Source of the DNA: Diplonema japonicum
Lineage: Eukaryota; Protista; Euglenozoa: Diplonemea
Assembly: GCA_964019335.1 (NCBI GenBank)
Contig: OZ025666.1
Location: forward strand, 669,438-733,437
DNA length: 64,000 nt
Direction: 5' to 3'
Each line of letters opens with the position of its first letter. Within the stretch, counting starts at the first letter, position 1. Shown here in pieces: positions 46,725 through 58,662 of this stretch. The notes beneath the pieces are model-generated. The model saw only the letters and a program-made list of their open reading frames with translations, ran no database searches and had not been told where the DNA came from. Position numbers and translations under genes: made by a program.

Positions 46725-48414
46725 ATGGAGCAGCAGCTGCTGGCTATCCGTATCAAGGATGGTGTTTTTGTGGGGAACCAGCAGGCAGCATATAACGGTG
46801 AGTTTCTGAGCCTCAACAAGGTATGGTGAGTCGCATGTAGCAGCAATGCAGGTATCGCACATCATCAACTGTGCCGGGTCAGAGATGGATAATGCCTTCG
46901 ATGGCACCACACACTACCTGACCTTCAATTGGTTGGACAAACCTGGCACTTTGCTTTTTGACTCGCCTGAGGTGGTGAGGGATGTCACCCGATTCATTGA
47001 CGAAGCACTTGAGGTCGGACAGTGTGCACTGGTATGCTTTGCTCGTACGCCTCACGTACCACAGATAAGCTCCCCTGATGGGGTCAATCGGGGCAGCGCG
47101 CTGGCAGTGGCGTATTTAATGTCAAAGGTACCACACGTAACGGCACCCTTTTAAACACTCTCAGTATGGTTGGTGTCTTCGTTCAGCCCATGACTTCGTG
47201 TTGACCGCTCATCCTGATTCGGATATCAGGACAGATTTTATCAGCCAGCTGAAGAAGCTTGAGCCTGCATTCACACGAAACGTAGAGAATGATATGTATG
47301 ACATAGCACACTACGCTCACATCGTACAGATTGCATCCTAATATCAACACCAGTTCGTTTTCACTGGACAACGAGCAGTGGTGTCTCAGGAACACGTACC
47401 TCAACTCTCTCTCATTTGACCATCAAAGAAATGCTGCGACACGGAAGATGATCCAGAACTTGGTTCCTGAAAAGAGAGGAGTGAAGAAGAAATTGTCGTT
47501 CAACATGACAACAACAGCACCTTTTCAGAGATGTCCAGAGGGAAGCATTTTAGTGCAGATATCTGCTTCTTTGCAGCACCCCATAGAAAGGTATGCCAAT
47601 GGCTTGCAATAAATTCCTCAGTGCTGATGGCAACACTTGTCCCATGGGCCCCTGGGAAATAAAGAAGTCGCAGGAACAATTGCAGATGGAAGAAGAGAAA
47701 CGCATGCAGCAGTTGCGAGAGCGGGAACGTCATGCTCAACAACGGCAACAACAGCAAATTCAGTCTCGTCAGCAGCAGCTTCAGCAAAGGATCGCAGAAC
47801 AAAGACAAGAAAGTCAGCACCAACAGCAACAGCAGCTTCAGCAGCAACTTCAGCAGCAGCGTCTGCAAATAGAGCAGATGCACCGAAGCAGCAAGGCGGA
47901 TGAAGAAAACAGGCCGCTCTTTAGAAAAGGAAGGCAGGCCAAGACACAATTTATGAGGAGGAGCTCGCCATTGCCCACCAGAGTCAGCAGGCGGAAAGAA
48001 CCTATTACGCATACTTATTCGTACGACCTCGCACCCCAGCACGCAGCGCCTGCAGTCATGCGTGTTCAGTCTATGCATGGCTTCGCCCCTAGAAATGCCC
48101 CGAAAGAAAAGCAGGTGACCCCAAGAAGTGAAAAGGCTCTCACACCGCGTGAGAAGCAGCGCCAGGCAGCGAATATCATGAAGCCAACAGGCAGAGCGTC
48201 CCCGTCTCACCGAATGAGAGGGTACTCCTCTGAGTTCCCAACACCATCCCAGTCCCGCATCTTGTCAGGCACCCACCAGCCCCCTAAGCCCTCGTCCGAC
48301 ACACACCGCAGTACCTATAGAATACTCAACACTTTACGAAACAGTTCTCCGTCAGACAGGCTTCTTCGACCTACCGCAAATTCGACTGCACGAAATAAGT
48401 TAAGAGGGGCTTAG
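46725..48414 (+). CDS. Dual-specificity phosphatase-like pseudophosphatase with Gln-rich region, ~507 aa; introns 46821-46851, 47032-47064, 47128-47164, 47296-47329, 47591-47621
   Basis: IKDGVFVGN, VSHIINCA, FIDEAL, AVAYLMSKYGW, FISQLK; P-loop reads ISSPDGVNRG. Confidence 0.82.
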
Positions 48415-48524
48415 ATGCCCAGTACTAGTTCCCTCCCTGTGATCCCTTCGTCGTGTAGACCAGTTATTTTCGCTTTGTCGTACTTGTCAACTATCTTAGG
48501 AATGGTGCAGCAATAAGCGGGAAT

Positions 48525-51500
48525 ATGTTCGGTGCCTTAAAGAAGCGTCTGAAAGGTGGGGACTCGCAGCCAGCAAGCCCCGCAGCTCCCGCTGATGTGG
48601 AACCGGTGCCTTCTAAGTTGTCGGTGACTCATCATATGAGTCACAAGTTGTCGTGTTGTAAGAAGATTGCTTGGGATGCAACTAGGAAGGTGCTAGCAGT
48701 TGCTACACCGCAGGTCGTGTGGGTAATCGGGCAGGGTTGGTGCCACCGGAGGTTCAAGCTGTCGGATGAAGAGGGCGAAATTGTTTCGTTGGAAATGATG
48801 GTAGACAAGCCCTCGTGTGTTGTGTGCACTTCCTCAGCAGTTGTTGTTCTAGACTACGACACAGGTTTATCAAACACGTGTGTTGCTATCCCTGATCAGT
48901 TCACGTTCACATCGGCCACAACACCTGTTGCGCAGACGTGGACACTGGTCGGCAGATCTGACGGTGTTGTGCAGGGTGTGGATGTTTCGGCTTCGCAAAC
49001 CGCTTTAAAGGTATGCGCCATATCTGACTTCTATGCAACTTTAGTTCGACTTGAAAGATATACCTCACGCCGTTGTTGACCCTGAAGCACCTACTAACAT
49101 CACACACATCCTGTCCAGAATGTTCCACAGACAGATAGCTATTGTGTACAGTAAGCAATGCGGCATATGCCAGATAAATTTCGCCCGTAAGGAGCTAATG
49201 GGAAGATTCACCATCCCTGATGTATGTGGACTATTGTTATCACCATACGCAGGAGACGGAATTGACGTCGCTGTCAATGTGTGCGATAGACAAGTACCTC
49301 CTTGCTGGGCTGTCGGATGGCCGCGTGGTAGTTTGGAAGGCAAATGACGAACCAAAGAACAAGAAGTATGCAATTTTACACTTGGCCAGTCACGCCTTGC
49401 AGGACCCACGTAGTCGCGAGGATGATGATTGTCTACGCTATGTTGCCCTCTCCTGTCACGGGGATTGAATGTTATGGAAGCGGGACTGAGGACATCTTGT
49501 TCTGCAGATGGATGGCGGGTGGGGGGATCATCGACGCAAAGCTGAAGCCTAAAGAGAAGTCACCAAAAGATATTACACTAAATTGCATTTACGAAGACAG
49601 CAGCCTCCGCTTCACTGGAGAGCTATGCGGTATGGTCTGCAGCTCATGGCCAGAGCGGACCGAGCCCCCCTCATCGATGTTCCTCCCTACTGGTGACTTG
49701 TTGTACTCTCTTTCCTATTCACCCACCACCGCAACGTGGAATAATGTTTGTGTTTCACAGCTGGTCATCCCGCGTCCCATCACATCAGCTGTACTTGTCC
49801 CCTCCTTCATCCCCAACTTACTTTCTCACTCACCGAGACTCAATGCCTTCCCTTGGAATGCTGGTGGTAAATCTGACTTCGCAGGCGACCTTTCCAATGC
49901 ACATCTTGTAATTGGCAGTGATGCTCACGGGTCGTTGACTGCAGCTAAGGCACTCCTCTCAAGCGATGCCATCTGTCACCAGGCGTTGCAGGTCTTCGAT
50001 GATCTGAACGCTACTGTGGGCGAGGACTCAGTCGGTGGTGTGTCCGAGGCTATCCAAGGCAATGCCCTTGTAGCATGCAGTGGAGGCAGACTGCATTGGA
50101 TAGATATGATTACTCTCAATTCGCTGCCAATTGACACCAATGGGGAGAAGGCGCGCTGTGCTCACTACGTTGGTGCACCGCTTAATAGGTTCTTTGTGGG
50201 AACAATGGACGGTCAAGTCATGGTTATCTCTCCCTCCTGTGAGCCTATTTCTATCTCCGTGTCAGATACCCCTGTGACATCAGTGGCCACCGTGCAGATT
50301 GATGACAAATGGGCCGTGTGTGCTGTGTTTGTGAATCTCGAAGGTGGGACAGAGCTAACTGTTATCTGCTTCGACCCTGATGCTCTTGTCGAGGCAATGG
50401 AACAACCTGAAGAGCCTTTGCAGATGTATGCAGACCCAGCTGATGAGACAATGCAAGTCGACCTACCACCACGTCCTCTGCGGACTATGGGCAGATTTGT
50501 TATCTGTGGCGGCGAAGAAGGCACCGCCGAACCTGAGCTGTACTCACTTACCAAGGCATCGGGCCACGCACAGCCCGATGTGGCACCAGTGTTGAAGAGT
50601 CTCAAAACAGAAAAGCAGCTCCCCTTCAATGCAGGATGCATGCAAAAGGGTGTGTGCTTGCCCCCTGCGGCAGAAATATGCATTGCAATCAGACTAGGGG
50701 TTAACGCCTTCGAGAACACTTCTGAGATAAAGCTGTCCCTCAAGGAAAGCACTGGGTGCGAAGCACTGGCTATCGTTGTCCGAAAGCTTGAATCTGGCAA
50801 CGCTCAGCTGTTCATAACTTGGCGTGACGAAGCGTTTAAAGCGGAGCCTGTCACACTGCAACAAGCAGAGGCCACAGAAATCCTTTTGAAGGAGGATGAG
50901 GACAACATTTTGTGTGTTAGAATCACTCCAGACGAGTCCGAGGTCGCGACACTGTCTTCTGTCGATGCAGCCTGCGTTCCGACAAGCCAGCAGCTTGGGA
51001 AGGCCATGGTGCGCATGGCTGCTGGCGATGTGGTCAACGGAGGTCCAATGTGGTCTATGCTGGAGAGCGTCGATATTGACATCACCTCTAACGAGGACTC
51101 CTACCGGAAGCAGGCAGTGTTGTCGGCCACATGCGAGCCCAAAGGCACTGTGAAAATGTTGCAGATATTTGAAGACATCGGTGACCCTGATAGCAGCACT
51201 GTGCCGATTGTGAACGTGGTGCCCGAAGACAGTGAGTGCGCACCGTTCATTCCGATGCTCAGCGAGGACCACACCCCTTCAGTCTTGTTGGTGAAGAGCA
51301 AGGGAGGTGTGCTGCGCCAGGTATGAATATCATTCGTATTTGAATTTCACAGGTTTCTTTGAGCGCTCACAAGCAGCTCATAAAGGTGACACTCACGTCA
51401 CCACTACGTATGAATGGTAAGACAGTACTCGCAGACAAGGTAGCAGTGGCTGCTGTCGGCAGTGGAGGGCCGTGCGGTGTGGTGGTGTCTGGAGATGTGT

Positions 51501-52340
51501 TGCAGATCGTACAGCTCCCCATCCCCGCTAATGATGCCCCGCCGCTGCTCAGCTATTCGTCCGAGAGCCTGAAGGATATGTGTTTGTTAGTCAAGAGTAG
51601 TGGGGCGAGTGTGCATATGTTAGGGATTGGTGGACCTGGCGAAATGCTGCACCTCATCATCTCTGAAGATGAGGATGTAGAAGTAAAATGCGATATCTTG
51701 GATGAGAACGAGGACTTGGCAGGACCTTTCGCCACACTGCCTAAGCTGTCTGCCAGACCACAGGTACGTAAGGGTGGCGCACATTATATTTACAGGTGAA
51801 AGCACCTGGGATGGGGGCTATGACAATGAAAAGCATGTTCAGGAACCACCCAAAGGAGGTGCAGATGATTGATGCGCTAATAGAGGAGGTATGCCACCGC
51901 CGAGTGCCCTCACATTTCTTCAGGTTGTGGAAGAAAGCTTTACTGACTTCGCAAGTCGCATTTTACCAGAAGAGCAGCACACTAGGTATGTGCGGATTTT
52001 TTCATGACAACTCTGCAGGCTTGAACACGAATTGGTGCAAGAACGCCAGCAGCATGACGCACCTAAGAAAAATGCTACCTCTAGTGCGGTAAGCGATGTG
52101 AAAGACCAGATGAATAAAAACAAGGAATTAGTATGTATTTTGGTCGTCTCCACATCTTTCATGCACAGCTGTTGGAACGTGGAGAAAAGATTTCTGAGCT
52201 CGAGGAGAATACACGCGGCTTGCAGCGAGAGAGTGAGGACTTCGTTTCTGTATGCGACATATAAAAGGGGATATCACAATTGACAGGCGTTGAAGGCGTA
52301 CAACGAGAAACAAAAAAACAAGAAGTGGTGGCAGTTGTAG
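48525..52340 (+). CDS. STXBP5: Tomosyn/Lgl-like protein (WD40 propellers + C-terminal R-SNARE), ~1168 aa; introns 49011-49044, 49222-49252, 49366-49402, 51321-51352, 51764-51795, 51889-51923, 51986-52018, 52131-52168, 52250-52286
   Basis: IAWDATRKVLAVAT; spliced end LLERGEKISELEENT...KNKKWWQL* matches the tomosyn R-SNARE and KKWxxx tail. Confidence 0.8.
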
Positions 52341-52405
52341 TCTCTCTTTTGCTCTTCCAATTTAGTTATTTTATTCTGTACCACAATGCAGTGTATTTCT
52401 TTTGC

Positions 52406-52912
52406 ATGCTTCCTTTGTGGGCAAAGGAAATAGCACCTCATGTGCTGATACCGTTCTCCTTGCTGCTGCTCTGGCTCAGTGACGGGTGTTGGTGGGGTTG
52501 GTTATGCGTCATGGGTGCTGCAGGGCTGCGATTCAGCATGAGGTCTGAGACTGTGAATGGTGTTGCTGATGTGCTGGGAAGGAGTGGCCTTGTCCTGCTG
52601 CCTGCAGACAACAACAAGGTTGTGGAGGATTTCTTGAAGCTCGCGCACGTAAGTAATGTAATGGAAATGCTACAGGTATTTGTGGGAAGGTAGGCAAAAC
52701 TTCATTAGAGCTTGCAAACGGGAGCTGCTGTATCGCTCTTTGACCTAAGAACACACTCTCATCTGAACGGCAAGAAGGGTCATGTGGAGAGCGTCACTGA
52801 AGGTGGCAGGGTGCTGGTGAACATCGATGGTACCGTGAAGGCCTACCGACCACAGAACCTGAAGCAGGAGATAGATGTCTGGGGGCATTCGTTTACGTAC
52901 ACACGTGCTTAG
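52406..52912 (+). CDS. Small protein with hydrophobic N-terminus and C-terminal LNGxxG SH3-like module; intron 52676-52708
   Basis: Hydrophobic Trp-rich segment; HLNGKKGHV...RVLVNI...RPQNL; the intron removes a stop. Confidence 0.55.
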
Positions 52913-52972
52913 ATCTACACTGACGTCATGTTTACTAGCAAGCAGCATAGATATAGGATTTAAAAGAAAAAA

Positions 52973-55802
52973 ATGGATTGGCATGAGCGCATGCAGGCTA
53001 TGATAAACAAGGTGGAAACAAATCTAGAACCTGGGAGGGAATACGCGATAGCAGCCCCTGCCCCTCGCCACGCTGTGGTGCATGTCGACAGACACAACGA
53101 GGCGCCTCTGCAGCACCAGGTGTATGAACTCGACAACAGGGTACGCGTATGCTTCAATGAGCTGGCGGACATGAAGATTGCAGTAGAAAAGAACAGCAGA
53201 AGTGCTATTGATACGACGGTAACTCAAATGAAAGAGGAACTAAAGAAGGATATATCAACACTCGACAAGCAGACAGCTGACGATGTTCGCATATTGAGTC
53301 ACGAGCTTCGTTGCCGGGTAGCCGATGTGGAGCAGACTTTCAAGGAAGAAAAGAGGAAGAAGGACGATCACAAGAAGCACTTGCGCAACAGGGATGAACA
53401 GCAGAACGAGATGTTCGAGCAGATGCGCGACGTTACCACACGACTGGCTACAAAGGTAGAGATATTGGAAGCTGAGGTTAGAAACAGGAGCCGGGACCTA
53501 ACAAAAGCGGATGATGATAGGTTCGAAGACATGAGAAACGAAGTACGGTACCAGGGAGAAAGAATGGAGGAGGCGAAGCGGCAGATGGGGCTTCGTATGG
53601 ATAAGGTTGCAGATGCAGTGCACCAGGAGGTACTTGGCATGACGGATATTGTGCGGGGCATGGTGAAGGATGTGTGGAAGGAGCACATGACAGTGGTGTA
53701 TAGCAAGATTAATGAGAGCTTAGACACTTTCAATAGCACTTTGAACAGGCAGGTGACCACTTTCAAAGAGCTTGATACTTACGCACGCAGCAACCAGTCT
53801 TTAGTGGAGGCTGAGATTTCAAAGATTCATGACACTACACGTAGCTTGCAGCATAGAATGCAGAGAAGTGACCATGATCTTGGGAAGCATAACGAAATGT
53901 TGGGCAGCCACAAGGCACAGCTCTTGGTACTGCAGCGGCTACCTGACGATGTAAGCAGAGTGCAGATTGATAACAAGAGGGTGAACGAAGCCATGCCGTT
54001 GCTTGAAGCTGCTTTAAGGAAACAAACGGTGATCACAGAAGTATGCGTCTTTTTCATTACCACCACATTCACAGGTCGTGAAGGATATGCCGGAGAAGAC
54101 TGAAGAGTTGCGCTGGGAGATCAAAAAGGTGAATGAGTTGTTTGCTAGGCACGAAAGCACAGTCAGTGATGTATGTGGGCGCGTGAAGACAGTAGATAAC
54201 TCTGCGCGTGCGGCTTGTGAATCGGTTAGCAACATGAAGACAGCAATGGCAGCTGATCAAAACACTTTGAACAAGAACACAAAGAGGCTTTTGAACACTG
54301 TGACAAAGGTGAGCGAGCTTGAAGAGGAGGATGGACGCAAGGCTGCTGCCATAGAGAGGCTTAAGCATCAAATCCAGGAGCATCAAACTTCGTTACGTAC
54401 GTTGATGCCACAGGTGACAAACCTCAGCTGTCAGGTGGATGCGACAAAGCTGCAACTTGATCCTCGGGTTTCAAACACCGAGACACAGATGCAGGAGATG
54501 TGGGCACAGTTCAGAGAACTTCAGATCAAGGTGAGCGGCATGGCAGTGCAGAGGTACACAGAACGGTCGCCCGGTACACTCCAGGTCAGTCAGCCGAGTG
54601 ATGCTCACTGGAACGAAGACAAACGGACTAACACCGGTCCTGCATTGATGCTGTCTGATATATCGCATTCGCCGGCTGTCGAGACAACCTTCACTTCGCG
54701 TGAGGAGGAGGGGAGCTCTTTAAAGCCTGAAGCGATGTTTGAAACAGAACAAAAGAAACTGAGAGAACAACAAGACCAGCAGCAGCTAGAAATGGAGTTA
54801 GTGAAGGAGCGAAAGGTGCGCGAACAAGAGGAAAGAGAAAGGCATGAACAAGCGGAGAGGGAGAGGAATGAGAGAGAGCAGCAGGAAAAAGAAGCGAGGG
54901 AAAGGCAAGAGCGAGAATTCCAAGAACGAGAACAGCGGCAAGAACAAGAAAGGCTGATGAGGGAAAAGCAGGAGATAGAAAAATTAGAACAACAGGAGAG
55001 GCTCAAGGCAGAGCAGGCTAGATTAAAGGAAGAAGAAACTAGAAGGCAACAAGAAAGACTCGAGCAAGAGACAAAGGAAAGGGAAGTGATACAGCAGAGG
55101 GAGGAGGAGAGAGCCAAGGAGGAAGAAACAAAGAGGGTACATGGACAAAGAGCCAGCGAGGTGGAGAAGAAGAATGAAGTGCCGGAGATAGATGAAAGCG
55201 GGACAAGGAGCATCCCTGAGGTACCAGTCTTGGAGGACTCGAAGGATGCCGACCACTCTTCGGATCACGTGGCGTCGTTTGAGATCGACACTGAGGGGAA
55301 GGAGGAGAGGAACTCTGATGACAAGGTTGTGTCATTTGAGGAACCGAGGGAGAAGACAAGGAGCTCCGACGAATCGACCGTCATTACACTGTCGACAGGC
55401 GTGACTTCAGCTAGCAGCAAGAGATCTCGCTACTCAAAGAAGACATCATCACGCAGAAGCAGCGCTAAGAGTAGCGAGTTCAAGCTCGACGCTAAGGCCG
55501 AGGATCAGTTCCCCACCTTCCCTGCAGTGTCATCAGCCCTCGAGGGCCGACCAAAAGGCCGTCCTGGGAGTATTCTGGCACAGACCAGTGGCTCAGAGAT
55601 GGAGCGACCAGTTATTAAGGGTTTTGACATGCGCATCACAAGTCCTGAAAACACCGATGGCGAACCACCCGAAGATGAGGTCATAGTATGTTTATTATTA
55701 TTATTATTATATCCCCGCATCCACACGCAGGAGTCACGATCCAGTAAGAGTCGCCGGAGCGGCAAAAGCACTGAGAAGTCTGATATTTCTCTCCCCGAAT
55801 AG
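52973..55802 (+). CDS. Long coiled-coil protein with E/R/Q/K-rich helix; introns 54041-54074, 55686-55730
   Basis: Extended heptads; the phase-0 intron joins the 376-aa and 574-aa ORFs. Confidence 0.8.
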
Positions 55803-55876
55803 ATGTAGATAGCAATGTGCAGTACTTGTAGTTTAAATTATTACATTGCAGTGCAGCAACCACAATAACCCCAGGA

Positions 55877-57625
55877 ATGAAAAAATGGCTGGCTCTGCTG
55901 GCTTTGTGCGGCATGGCTGCCCATCAAGTGTTGACGAAAACAGAGCAGACGAAACTGCTTGCAATGGGAGGGTCATTGGATGGGAACAGCTACGAAGAAT
56001 CCGCCCCCATTGCTCTAACGGATTCTCTGTTTGAGTCAAGACACAAGGTTTATGATGCGTCAACAACAGCAAAGCTGCAGCATATCAGTATTGGGGGTTT
56101 GTGCAGTACACACAGCGACTGCCGCAGTTGCTTGTCTGACAAGCGGTGTTCGTGGTGCGTGCAAATGACCACGTCGGCCCCAGAGGCGCTGACCAAGAGC
56201 CAAGGAACGCAAGCGTGTGTTGCAAGGAACACCCCGTGCATGGACAGCGAGACACTGTCGTGTTCTACATCTCTGGTTCAAAAGGCTCTGCCAAACATAT
56301 GTCCCGTTGAGGAGCCGAAGCTTTCTGAAGCTATCAAGTACTGGGGATACTTGTTTAGAAGCAAAAACTGCCAGACGCTCATCAACGAGTGTAAGATGCT
56401 TCTAGATGGTGATTGCGATCCCATGTCCTATACTCTCAGAAAGAGGTTGCCACCAAACATTGTGAATAACAACGGGTCGCACAGGACGAATGTCTTGTGC
56501 GAGAGCAGTAGGTTATATAATATGTTGAGAGAAGCAGGGCGGCAGAACGAGGCTGCCCTTGTGCAGGACATTAGTACGTGGAAGTCTTCTGTGCTTGAGG
56601 CCAAGATCTGCATTGTGGATGTGGACCACGGTGAGGAGTATGCTACTGAAGCTCAGAGAGGGGGTTGTTATGTGGTGGCCTTTTCATCTGATATTAAGTA
56701 CACACCCTCGATCGACATCCCAGCTGCATTCGTGCTTCGTGATGTATCACCAAAAGAAGTCGTGAACCTTGTAGACAGTATGATGCAAGAACCAAAGGTA
56801 TGTTTCACGTAGTCCGTACACGCGAACAGGTGATTGCCGAATATCATAAGTACATAGAAACGTCACAAGCGATGGCAGTGTTGAATTATCGAAGAAGAGT
56901 GCGGAGACACTTGTCGAACAGCGTGCACGTTGTCACGCAGATTTCATCGAAGAACGACATGAGGTACTTTGTCAGTTTTGTTCTTGTCACGTTGTTGCAA
57001 CTGCACATGGCGTCTATTGAGATCATGGTGTGCACGGACTTGGAGCCCGCCTTGCTAGAGAGATACAAAACAATTATCACGCATTTTAAGCGGTACAGCA
57101 TCACTAACCGAGTACTGATCACACCAGTGCAATGCACGTCAGACACTACTGTGATCTCTCATAGGGTGAAGATACCAGATGGCATGGGCACACCTCTCTA
57201 CCTAGCCTTTTTTCCAAATGTTAGTTCTGTTGTTCTTACTCGGGAGATACTCAGCATCCTTGCCACCCAGCTGAGCCTTTCAACAGAAGAACACTTGTAC
57301 ATCGACGGTGTCTTATTTACTGCGTTTTCTTCGTATGATACCGACCAGTTCCGGGGGCTCAGGTCAGCCCATTCGATCAATAGCACTCTGCAGCAGCACA
57401 GTAGCCAGTTATACTATAAAGATCGCAGCCCAGATCTGCAAGTATGAAAGTAGAACTACCAAAGCAACCCACGCACAGCTCACCGTCCCGTACCCCGACG
57501 TTGAAAGATCGCTGGATGCTCTTTACTCCTTTATGGAAGCACGAAACTACTTCTGCCAGCACGCCTTTTACAATGCAGATCCTTTTCAAACTGAGCTTCC
57601 AAAGCTACTGCGGTGTGCTGCGTAG
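55877..57625 (+). CDS. Secreted/luminal protein with PSI-like Cys-rich domain; introns 56798-56829, 57442-57478
   Basis: Signal peptide MKKWLALLALCGMAA; CSTHSDCRSCLSDKRCSWC. Confidence 0.7.
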
Positions 57626-57683
57626 TTCAAGTTTCGTCTTTCGATAATTTTGTGTGGTTATTTGTATGAACACACCAGGGACT

Positions 57684-58595
57684 ATGGAAAAGGCCAAGAG
57701 GCACAAGGCTATCCATGCATCACTAAGCAGACACATACCGGCGGTCGGCTTTGGCACTTACAAGCTCGCTGATGATGAATGCGTGAAGGCGTGCTCAGAG
57801 GCTATCAAGCAGGGCTACAGACTACTGGACACGGCGCAGATTTATGGGAATGAGAAGTTCGTCGGTCAGGCTGTGCGAGACTCTGGATTGCAAGACGAGG
57901 TCATGGTTACTACGAAGGTGTGGAGATCCTCGCATGGGTACGAGAGGACGATGAAGAGTGTAAAGAAGTCGTTGCGTGCCATGAAGTTGGAACACATCGA
58001 CCTTGTTTTGGTGCACTGGCCGGGGCCAAAGACAGGCTGGCCCTTGAAGAAAGGTACTGTGTGTCCACCAGACTGGACAACGGAAATGCGCGTTACTGGA
58101 ACATGGCGTGCCTTAGAAGAGTGCGTTAAGAACGGGATAGTGAAACACTTGGGTGTTGCCAACTATGGCACACGGCACCTAAAGCAGCTTCTTGCATCGT
58201 GCAAGGTGGCACCCATCGTTAACCAGGTCGAGTTCCATCCGCTTCTTGTTCAAACAGAATTAGTAGAGTTCTGCAAAGAGAACAACATCGCCGTGCAAGC
58301 ATTTGCTTCGCTTGGATCGGCTGAAAACAAAAAGGGACACGATGAAGTAATGAAACTGCCGGCAGTCGTAGCCGTGGCAAAAGCACACAGCAGGTCAGTC
58401 GCTCAGGTACTGTTGCGATGGGCGTTGCAAAAGGGTATTCACGTAATCCCCAAGTCTTCAGTGACGGAAAGGATAAGTGAGAACTTCCAGGTGTTCAACT
58501 TCGAGCTAAGCAAGAAAGAGGTGGAAGCCATCGACGCATGCAACGAGGACAGAAGGTTGACGTGGAAGAGTGTTGACCCGAGCACCATAGAGTAG
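57684..58595 (+). CDS. Aldo-keto reductase (intronless)
   Basis: IPAVGFGTY, GYRLLDTAQIYGNE, TTKVW, DLVLVHWP, NQVEFHP, QVLLRWALQ, IPKS...RISEN; D/Y/K/H tetrad intact. Confidence 0.95.
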   Translation: MEKAKRHKAIHASLSRHIPAVGFGTYKLADDECVKACSEAIKQGYRLLDTAQIYGNEKFVGQAVRDSGLQDEVMVTTKVWRSSHGYERTMKSVKKSLRAMKLEHIDLVLVHWPGPKTGWPLKKGTVCPPDWTTEMRVTGTWRALEECVKNGIVKHLGVANYGTRHLKQLLASCKVAPIVNQVEFHPLLVQTELVEFCKENNIAVQAFASLGSAENKKGHDEVMKLPAVVAVAKAHSRSVAQVLLRWALQKGIHVIPKSSVTERISENFQVFNFELSKKEVEAIDACNEDRRLTWKSVDPSTIE

Positions 58596-58662
58596 ATGAT
58601 CCTAGATTAGACAAACTTGATTTGATTGTTTATGAGAATTTTAGTTCAGGGATAGTCATAAA

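Noticed and set aside
47587-47590. 4-nt micro-exon between two introns
   Set aside because: Removing both introns leads to a stop within ~15 codons.
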